Virus record (IMG/VR): IMGVR_UViG_3300025154_000055
Origin: an uncultured virus (IMG/VR IMGVR_UViG_3300025154_000055)
Lineage: Duplodnaviria; Heunggongvirae; Uroviricota; Caudoviricetes
Direction: 5' to 3' (one strand)
Length of the DNA stretch: 59,053 nt
In this document: one piece after another, positions 51,530 through 59,053 of the stretch
How the letters are laid out: every line of letters begins with the position of its first letter
How positions within the stretch are numbered: the stretch's first letter is position 1
The notes under the pieces: generated by a model
The model's input: only the letters and a program-made list of their open reading frames with translations
Told to the model about the DNA's origin: nothing
Databases searched by the model: none
Position numbers and translations under genes: made by a program

Positions 51530-52555
51530 ATGTCAAGTGACCCCTCAATCATTGGCTCTTTCGGGTACGATTTGGGCGTGTGGTATTCCAACGCCACGCT
51601 ATCCACTTCTGGGAGCACAAACGACATCTGGGGAGATCGTGTTCAGTCGGCAGAGCCTACCGCCACTCACAATACAACTAAGTATTATGAACTAGGGCGC
51701 AAAGACCCCGTAGGCGCGACGACCGATCCGAGTCAGATGCGGTTTGTCAGTGAAGAAAATCTCCACAACTCGGAGATTGATATGTACTTAGCCGGTGTGA
51801 ACCCCACCACCGGAAGCGGCTATTACGCCGCAAATATGTTGGGGCAGAACAACACGGCTTACGTCGTGCAGAGAAACGCCGCAGGTAGTGTTGTGGGTGA
51901 AATTGGTGTTGGTAATCTTCGCGTCAGTGAAGTCCAATATAAGTTCGTCGTCAATGGTACTTGTACCGCGCAATACACGCTAGAGGGAACGTCTGGTAGT
52001 TACTGGACGGGCGCAGGAACGTATGTCCACTCATTGTGGGGGACTCCTGATAACACTTCTCCGGGCGGTATTCACGGCAAGGACGCTCGTATCTCGTTTG
52101 GTACGGCGGGTGCGGGAACAAAAGCGTATCGCCTACAGTCATTCACTATTCGCGTGGCATATCCGGTTCAGCACGTGAAGGAACTCGGTCGCAGGCAGGA
52201 AGTGGGTGTTCTGAACGATGTGCCGGACGTGACCGTGGACTTTGACCTGTTGCAAGCGGATTACCAGCCGCATGATGTGTTCTTCGGAACCAGTACGGAT
52301 GGCGGATCGTTGCACTACAACTTGGCCGATCCGCAGACGGCAGACGTGTTTATTAATGTCTATGACCCCGATCTCGCTGAATACGCGAGCGTTGTGAAGT
52401 CGTTCCGTATCGACAACTGCAAGCCGACGAGCAACACGCCGACACAGGCGCGGGTTCGTCAATTGGCAACCGCACGATGGACGCTGATGAGCATTAGTGC
52501 CGACACAGCCGACACGGGCGGATTGACCGTAAGCAAGACAGAAATAGTCGCGTAA
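51530..52555 (+). CDS. major tail tube protein
   Basis: duplicated QS..ELGR motif (two tube domains); position. Confidence 0.72.
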   Translation: MSSDPSIIGSFGYDLGVWYSNATLSTSGSTNDIWGDRVQSAEPTATHNTTKYYELGRKDPVGATTDPSQMRFVSEENLHNSEIDMYLAGVNPTTGSGYYAANMLGQNNTAYVVQRNAAGSVVGEIGVGNLRVSEVQYKFVVNGTCTAQYTLEGTSGSYWTGAGTYVHSLWGTPDNTSPGGIHGKDARISFGTAGAGTKAYRLQSFTIRVAYPVQHVKELGRRQEVGVLNDVPDVTVDFDLLQADYQPHDVFFGTSTDGGSLHYNLADPQTADVFINVYDPDLAEYASVVKSFRIDNCKPTSNTPTQARVRQLATARWTLMSISADTADTGGLTVSKTEIVA

Positions 52556-52681
52556 CACCGTATCACAAATGGGGCGGGCTACAGGGCAAGGATGCCCGCC
52601 TCATTCTTCTCCACAAGGTAGCGGCGCACATTGGGCGTCGTAGGGTGTCCCCATATTTCAGGCAAATAGGAGTGTTTTGGC

Positions 52682-53365
52682 ATGTTTCAGTTAGATGAAT
52701 TTTTAAGAGCAAGTCGAGAAGTTGAACTGCCCAACGGCATTACTATCACCATGCGCGTTCTATCCGATTTGGAAATGAACGCGAGACGGGACTACGCCAT
52801 GAGTGAGGCAATGCGTGTTTCAGATGAGTTAAAAAACTCTGATACAGAAGCGTACAAGACCAAGATTCTCCCCTTCAAGGATTCTTCACGAGAGTCTATT
52901 CTCAATCTTCTTTCCGAGGGGCGTGTAGCGGAACTTAGGCGAGAAGTCGAGACGCTGTATCCGATTAACTTTGTTCCATCCCCAGATGATGCTACACTCT
53001 CGGACGAGATTGATACCGAGAAGCGTCAGAGTGAACACGAGGCGCAAGTCTATAAAGATCGTCTTGAGTATATCGTTAAGGGGATAGACGCCTTCCGAAA
53101 GAAAATGGACGAACTTTCTCCCGACGTTCTCTTTGGAGAAGTTAAGGCACGCGCCATTCAGGTCTATCCGTATGTCGCCTCTCAGGACGCAGAGTTTTAC
53201 TACACTATTTGGTGTTCCGTCGAAAAAGACGGCAAAAAATATTGGAAGAATGTTGATTCCGTCCGAAAACTTCCCAAGATCGTCATTGATAAACTAGGTG
53301 ATCTGTATAAGGAGTTGGACTCCCAGAACCCGTGGGAGTTGACCAAAAGCGTCTCTGAGGGGTAG
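52682..53365 (+). CDS. tail assembly chaperone
   Basis: acidic protein between tube and tape measure. Confidence 0.68.
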   Translation: MFQLDEFLRASREVELPNGITITMRVLSDLEMNARRDYAMSEAMRVSDELKNSDTEAYKTKILPFKDSSRESILNLLSEGRVAELRREVETLYPINFVPSPDDATLSDEIDTEKRQSEHEAQVYKDRLEYIVKGIDAFRKKMDELSPDVLFGEVKARAIQVYPYVASQDAEFYYTIWCSVEKDGKKYWKNVDSVRKLPKIVIDKLGDLYKELDSQNPWELTKSVSEG

Positions 53366-53648
53366 ATTAGTCGGCTGGATCAAAACAATCCAGTACGGCA
53401 ATACAGCACTCCCCATGAGCGCAGAACGGTGTCCGTGGTATTGGACATATGCTCTATTTTTAGAGAGACGATGGGATCAGATTCAAGAGATAAGTTCCAT
53501 GTACGGTGATGAAGACGCGCCAGAAGGGAATTACTACCGAGAGATTCCTAGAGAGTTCTGGCACGATCAGAAGAGGATAGATAAGTGGATAGAGCAGGCA
53601 AAAGAAAGGCGAAACAGGAATCAGGAAGAGAAATCTCGACAGAGATAA
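53343..53648 (+). CDS. chaperone C-terminal extension (probable frameshift product) or small ORF from ATG 53415
   Basis: +1 frame open from 53343, overlapping the end of the chaperone gene. Confidence 0.55.
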   Translation, partial: PKASLRGRLVGWIKTIQYGNTALPMSAERCPWYWTYALFLERRWDQIQEISSMYGDEDAPEGNYYREIPREFWHDQKRIDKWIEQAKERRNRNQEEKSRQR

Positions 53649-53674
53649 TTATGTAAAGTTCGAGTGATGGAGTT
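53648..53674. repeat. 27-bp dispersed motif copy (inverted, degenerate)
   Basis: reverse complement AACTCCATCACTCGAACTTTACATAAT. Confidence 0.5.
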
Positions 53675-53680
53675 TGGAAT

Positions 53681-56600
53681 ATGACCGACGAAACCTTTAA
53701 GATAGATGTAGATACCTCATCGGCAGAGAATAAACTTAACCAATTACAGGCTAAGTATAACGCTCTTGTTTCCCTGATAGAGCAGGCAAATGCAAAAATA
53801 GCATCTGCCCCGACGACTTCTTATAGTATTGGTGGGGCGACCGTAAAGCAACCGGACTACGGCGGATTCCAGCCAAGCGTCATTATGCCGCAGGCGATGG
53901 GGCAAAAACAAGATTACGAGACTGCAATAAGAGCGTTACAATCCGGTCGGGATATTCCCAAGCTATTACAGGGAATTGGGGAAGGCGAAGATTTTATCTC
54001 CCAAAAACTTACGGCATTTATTAGTGGTGCTTCTCAGGCCGCGTCTGTAACGTCTATCGAGTCTGCCGCACATCAAGGGAATGCGGCGGCAATACAACAA
54101 GAAGCGTCCGCCACAGATCGACTCATTCAAGAAAAACGCAAGGCGTATTCTTCTCCACGCGCAACTGATATTACTCAACAAAATGTTGGACAGTTCCCAT
54201 TTGAAACACAGAAGGATTTTTATAAAGCGCAAGATGCTCTTCTGGCAAAAGGTAAAGCCAATATTCCGCAAGTATCTTCTGTCGCTGACGCATCAATGGT
54301 TAGTCAAGCGGCGAGAGCAAAAGAGGCTACTAGCGCTGTAGAGGGACTGTCGTCTGCTTATTCTGGATACTATAACACCCTAAAACAAGCAGGAACAGCA
54401 GAACAAGATATTCGCCAAGCATTTGTAAAGGGAGGGCTTGGGGCAGAAGAATACGAGAAAATCTCTCCTGCCACAAACAGGGCGGGGGCGTCATTATCAG
54501 AATTACGCTCAAATCTAAATGATGCCAAAAACTCATTTGACGGTAGCGAAGCATCCACCAAGAGGTTGGTCGCCGCCAACAAAGAATATAACACGGTCTT
54601 GGGTCAAGCAAACGAGGCAATGGGCAAGACGGGTTCTGCCTATAATAGCCTCGGCTCTATCATCGAGCGACAGCTCACCAGGATTGCTATTGGCGTGGCG
54701 GTTTGGACGACACTTCGCACGGCGCAGCAGGAAATTCAAGAAACCATTAAGGCGATGCAGCAATATAGCATCGAGGTTGCCCGGTTTGCCGCCGTTACAG
54801 ATCAGTCGATTGGTAGCGCAATTTTGCAGTATAACGCTCTGAGAGACGCGGCGGCGCAACGCGGATTCACCCCGACTGAGGCCGCGCCCGCCATGCTTGA
54901 AGTTGGTCGTGTTTCTAAGTCTGACACGGGACAACAACAGCTCATGGTAGCGGGTACGGGCCTTGCCGAATTTCTGGGAACAGACGTTAAGAAGTCGGTA
55001 GATGGATTGAACGAAGCCATGCTTGCTCTTGGCGCAAATGAGAACGATGTCGCCAAGATTGCCGATATGATTGGCGCGGCTTATAAGAGGGTGGGCGGAG
55101 ACGCGAACCAGTTCTTATCCGCTATGACCAATGCGGCCCTGATTGGAGACAAGCTAGGCATTTCATTCGATAAGACCTTCGCCATGATTACATCGGGCGC
55201 TCAGGTTAGCGGTCGTAGTATGGACGTGGTGTACAGCACCCTGAACCGATTCTCAGAATCTTTAGGGAATCTGAGTGTTGATAAAACCATTGAGGTAGCG
55301 AGAGGATTCAAAGAACTCGGTATAAACGCGCTAGACGCCCAGGGCAAGATTCGACCAGTCGGAGATTTGATTACTGAGATTGGCACGAAATGGTCAACCA
55401 TGTCGTCTGGAAATCAAGAGAAGGCTATTGCTCTTTTGTCCGGGAACGAAAAACTAAAAGGGCAGGCATACGCCGCCGCTAAAGGAATTATGGAATCGTA
55501 TGCTACGGGGTGGTCGGACGGATTTAAGGATGTAGAGGGGACTATTCAAGAGGGTCTTGCTAAGATAGATAGTTCGTTCGGGCAATCCATCAAGCGACGT
55601 GACGCCATTATTCAAAGCATGGAACAGCAAGGACAAATGATGCCCGCGCTAGTCTCTAAGGTTCTGGGCGGAATTATGCCCTATACCAGCGGTGCGTCAG
55701 GCGGACTGGAAGGCGAAATGATCGCCAAGTCCTATCAAGTCGGAACGTTCCAGGCAATCCAAATGTCACGCGATGATGTCATGAAGCGCGTAGTGGGCAT
55801 GACCCCAGAAGACGCGGAAAAGGCCGTGACCGAGTTCAATACTGCCGTTGTTAATCTTATGAAGGCGTTTCCGATTTCGACAATTGGTGCAGATCAATTC
55901 CTAGTCGGGAGAGATGAATTTAATTCTGCCATGAAGAATGCGGGCGCAAATGCGGGAAAGGCATTTGTGGGCGGATTCTTAGGGATGATGAATATTGGAG
56001 ACGTTATTCAAAACGCCATTAAGGGGGTTTCGGAATCCGGTAAGTCAGGAGTGAATACTGTCTCAGAAAAGCCCAGATTTGATTTGGGAACACCGCAAGG
56101 CGAATTGGGATACAAACTATCTCAGTACGCCCAGAATCCACAAGGGAGTGCATTCCCGCTTACCACGCAAGAAACCGACTTGACTAAACTTTCTCAGGAT
56201 GAAATCAATCAAGCCAAGCAACTCTCTGTACAAATCTCTAATATGGAATTGGAGGCTATGCGTCAGCAGCTTATGTTGTTAGGATTATCTAAGTCTGAAA
56301 TAGACGCGATTATCTTAGCGCAAGAGAAAGAGTTGGACGCCACGGTGAAGTTACTACAGACTCGCCAGGGCGTAAATTACGAAATGGGCAAGACGGTTGC
56401 CAATCTTGATAAGGCGCTGTCTCAGATGAACAACGAGAAGCAGTCTTCGCAATCCAATTTCCAATTTCAGCGTCTCAAGAACGTCGATCCGTCTCAGTTC
56501 GGACAGCTTGAGGGTCTTGCCCAGATGTACAATAAGTTTCTGACGAACATCGGATCGCCAGAGAAATCCCAAAACATCAACCTGTTACTAGGCGAACAGA

Positions 56601-57337
56601 ACGTCTTTAAGACTATGAATGTTCGCATGACGGCCTTGCAGCTCGCCCTTGAGGACTTGACCAAAATCGAAAAGGCGCAGTTATCCGGCACGTGGAATCT
56701 ACCAGCAGGAGCAACCGCGCTAGTCCCTATTTCGTCACTGGACATTCAACGATGGAACGGGTCGGGAGCAGGTGGGGGTTTATCCGAGGAGGCGCTCAGG
56801 GCGCTAATGGGAGTAGAGGGGGCAACCAATCAGTCTGGGGATAAAGTCAAGACGGCAGTTGACAACTCAGCTCAGTCGATTGTGGCGGCCATCAACAAAG
56901 GATTCTTCCCGGATCAACAGGAAGAGATGACTCGCGCAAATTCCGAGGCGGAGCAAAAGAAGTCCAGTTTGGACGCCATAAATAACATGCCCGACTTCCT
57001 AGAGGAGTTGGCTAGAGCAAATTCGGCTTCCAATCAGCAAGCAGTTCCACCTCAACCAAGCGTCAGTCGAGATATGGAATACTACCGTTCTCTATTAAAA
57101 GAGTCAGACAGGTATCCCGGCGAATTCAAGTCGTCTATACCATCTTTCAGGCAGATGGAAACGGTCAACGTTAATGTGAGCGCGTTGCCCTTGAAGGCTA
57201 CGTTTAATGCAAACTTGTCTGTTGTTCTCAATGGTCAGATTGTAGCAAAGGCGATTATGCCAATTCTATACCAGATGATGATTAAGATGTCTAACTCTAC
57301 CCCAACTACGGGTGGAGGACTGGGGGCACTGCGATGA
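53681..57337 (+). CDS. tape measure protein
   Basis: 1218 aa, Ala/Gln/Ser-rich helical, TP901-like core (FKELGINALDAQGKIRPVGDLI). Confidence 0.9.
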   Translation: MTDETFKIDVDTSSAENKLNQLQAKYNALVSLIEQANAKIASAPTTSYSIGGATVKQPDYGGFQPSVIMPQAMGQKQDYETAIRALQSGRDIPKLLQGIGEGEDFISQKLTAFISGASQAASVTSIESAAHQGNAAAIQQEASATDRLIQEKRKAYSSPRATDITQQNVGQFPFETQKDFYKAQDALLAKGKANIPQVSSVADASMVSQAARAKEATSAVEGLSSAYSGYYNTLKQAGTAEQDIRQAFVKGGLGAEEYEKISPATNRAGASLSELRSNLNDAKNSFDGSEASTKRLVAANKEYNTVLGQANEAMGKTGSAYNSLGSIIERQLTRIAIGVAVWTTLRTAQQEIQETIKAMQQYSIEVARFAAVTDQSIGSAILQYNALRDAAAQRGFTPTEAAPAMLEVGRVSKSDTGQQQLMVAGTGLAEFLGTDVKKSVDGLNEAMLALGANENDVAKIADMIGAAYKRVGGDANQFLSAMTNAALIGDKLGISFDKTFAMITSGAQVSGRSMDVVYSTLNRFSESLGNLSVDKTIEVARGFKELGINALDAQGKIRPVGDLITEIGTKWSTMSSGNQEKAIALLSGNEKLKGQAYAAAKGIMESYATGWSDGFKDVEGTIQEGLAKIDSSFGQSIKRRDAIIQSMEQQGQMMPALVSKVLGGIMPYTSGASGGLEGEMIAKSYQVGTFQAIQMSRDDVMKRVVGMTPEDAEKAVTEFNTAVVNLMKAFPISTIGADQFLVGRDEFNSAMKNAGANAGKAFVGGFLGMMNIGDVIQNAIKGVSESGKSGVNTVSEKPRFDLGTPQGELGYKLSQYAQNPQGSAFPLTTQETDLTKLSQDEINQAKQLSVQISNMELEAMRQQLMLLGLSKSEIDAIILAQEKELDATVKLLQTRQGVNYEMGKTVANLDKALSQMNNEKQSSQSNFQFQRLKNVDPSQFGQLEGLAQMYNKFLTNIGSPEKSQNINLLLGEQNVFKTMNVRMTALQLALEDLTKIEKAQLSGTWNLPAGATALVPISSLDIQRWNGSGAGGGLSEEALRALMGVEGATNQSGDKVKTAVDNSAQSIVAAINKGFFPDQQEEMTRANSEAEQKKSSLDAINNMPDFLEELARANSASNQQAVPPQPSVSRDMEYYRSLLKESDRYPGEFKSSIPSFRQMETVNVNVSALPLKATFNANLSVVLNGQIVAKAIMPILYQMMIKMSNSTPTTGGGLGALR

Positions 57338-57708
57338 CCGCTAAATGGATATGGAACACTGTTAATATCTACGTTTCTGATGAGGAAACCGCCCGCGAGA
57401 TTAAACGTGCAGAGATTTTCAAATTGGACAACACCGAAAGTTCGTATCACTTCTTCGGGGCAGGGTCTCGTAAAATATCCCTGAAGGGAATGGTTATCGG
57501 AGACACAGACCGTAATTCGCTCTTTACGGACGCCATTAACGATACCGCTAGAACTTTCACGACGCCCTATGGCTCACTTGCTAATTGCAAGATTAACGGG
57601 ACGCCTAAATTCTCGTACATTAGTTACACTAGCGGAACGATAGACGGTACGACCTACTCGGTTGATACGACGCCGATCTACAATTGCGACTTGGAGATTA
57701 TCCTGTGA
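57334..57708 (+). CDS. putative distal tail protein
   Basis: follows TMP; FGAGSRKISLKG. Confidence 0.6.
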   Translation: MTAKWIWNTVNIYVSDEETAREIKRAEIFKLDNTESSYHFFGAGSRKISLKGMVIGDTDRNSLFTDAINDTARTFTTPYGSLANCKINGTPKFSYISYTSGTIDGTTYSVDTTPIYNCDLEIIL

Positions 57709-58673
57709 GTTTCCAGAATGTCTATATGACTGTTACTGGAATATCCAGTAGCATCATTAGCCTAAATATCGATGCGTCCTATTCTCAGATTTCCAGCGTA
57801 GCGACTATAGAATGTGATTCTCATACGCTCTCTTTGGGGGATTTGATTACTATCGATTTAGGATATGTCTCAAGTCATGGCGTTGTGTTTCGGGGGTACG
57901 TCAAGAAGATAGAGTTCTCTAAGCCCGATCAGACCTATCGCATCACGGCATACGACACACTTGTGAGGGCTGTAGATTACTTTATAGCATCGAATAATCC
58001 AAACGATCCGCTTACCTATCATAATATCGGAACACTCGATCTTATTAAGGAACTACTGAGTCAATGCGGGATAACCAATGTTACGGGAACAGACCCCGGA
58101 TTCACATGGGGAACAAACGATGATGGGGCGAGATTCAACTTGCAGTCCGTTGCAGATGCCATTCAATTTGTTTCCACCATTGTTGGTTATACGATATACG
58201 ATGACGGCACAGGACAAATCAATTTTGTTCAACGGTATCCTTACGTCGATGGCGACACGCCTACCGTCACGATCACAGACGGAGCTTCTGGGAATATCAT
58301 CAGTTGCCAATATAGTCGCGGGACGGATAAGACCCGTAATCGTGTAGTGGTTTATGGTCGAGGCGAACTGACCGCAAGCGCGTCTGCTCCAAACGCATTT
58401 TTGGTAGTCGATCAGACGGCGGTTGTGGCACACGAACTTTTAGATAACGATTCTCTGGTTAATGGGACAGCGCAAGTAAACCTAGCAATTCTTAATCGAC
58501 TAACAGAGAGTTACGAAGTTGAGATAGAGGGCGATTGGGCTATTCAGCCCAGAATGATTGGAGCATTAACGGAGTCTTTTTCTGGAGCAAGCGCACGTCC
58601 CGTGTTTATCTACAGAGTGTCGCATATTTGTTCGGATTCTGGATTTATAACCAGTCTCACTTGTACGCCGTGA
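57705..58673 (+). CDS. putative baseplate hub protein
   Basis: LGY..VFRGYV, ITAYD, YDDGTGQINF, RNRVVVYG. Confidence 0.7.
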   Translation: MSFQNVYMTVTGISSSIISLNIDASYSQISSVATIECDSHTLSLGDLITIDLGYVSSHGVVFRGYVKKIEFSKPDQTYRITAYDTLVRAVDYFIASNNPNDPLTYHNIGTLDLIKELLSQCGITNVTGTDPGFTWGTNDDGARFNLQSVADAIQFVSTIVGYTIYDDGTGQINFVQRYPYVDGDTPTVTITDGASGNIISCQYSRGTDKTRNRVVVYGRGELTASASAPNAFLVVDQTAVVAHELLDNDSLVNGTAQVNLAILNRLTESYEVEIEGDWAIQPRMIGALTESFSGASARPVFIYRVSHICSDSGFITSLTCTP

Positions 58674-58679
58674 GGGTTT

Positions 58680-59053
58680 ATGACTAATCGTTTTTTGGAT
58701 AGTTTCGATCATTACAACAATCTTGACTACAAGTGGGACGAGTCCCAAAACGCCACAATTAGTAGCACGACTGGTCGATATGGCACAGCGGGCGCGGACT
58801 TAAGCTTTGCTGGAACGGTCTACATCCAGAAGAATTTTACGGACTATCCGACTGGTCTTGCCATTGGAGTTGCTGTATATCGAACCGGAGTGCCGGATGG
58901 CGGCGATCTTATTACGGTATTGGACACTATCGGTGGAACGTATCGTCAGGTCGGTTTGTTTCTGGACTATAACGGGAATTTAGGTGTATCGAGTAGCGGA
59001 TCAACCCTCTTTACTACCACCAAGATTATTCAACCTAATTCTTGGTACTATGT
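58680..59053 (+). CDS. tail/receptor-binding protein, partial (runs off the window)
   Basis: MTNRFLDSFDHY..TTGRYG..WYY open to the end; GAGG RBS. Confidence 0.65.
   Translation, partial: MTNRFLDSFDHYNNLDYKWDESQNATISSTTGRYGTAGADLSFAGTVYIQKNFTDYPTGLAIGVAVYRTGVPDGGDLITVLDTIGGTYRQVGLFLDYNGNLGVSSSGSTLFTTTKIIQPNSWYY

Overview
A 59-kb segment of a large tailed dsDNA phage, probably siphovirus-like: it has a tail tube and a 1218-aa tape measure but no sheath, uses the standard genetic code, and has no integrase in the window. (1) 1.0-8.8 kb: a minus-strand RNA operon with 34 readable tRNAs covering all 20 amino acids, a tmRNA, several aberrant tRNA-like RNAs and about ten non-tRNA structured RNAs closed by terminal stems. 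One of these is a 6S-like rod containing a hammerhead ribozyme core and another is SRP-like. Two HNH nucleases lie in or beside the array. (2) 11.3-13.8 kb: terminase genes. (3) 13.8-15.2 kb: five integron attC sites with four gene cassettes; the outermost half-sites match each other, suggesting a resident attC on the phage. (4) 15.2-28.1 kb: minus-strand early genes (SSB, vWA protein, beta clamp, RNase HI, adenine methylase, NUMOD4 protein, many small ORFs). (5) 28.3-59 kb: the plus-strand virion module. The putative portal is separated from the head genes by a ~13-kb glycosyltransferase plus ACP/FabG/FabH/MaoC/FkbH acyl-sugar cluster and a ferritin, followed by capsid, neck and tail genes. 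Two dispersed DNA motifs recur: a 27-bp repeat with an XerD-arm-like core and a 15-bp box abutting -35 elements. All calls come from reading the sequence by eye; no database searches were run.
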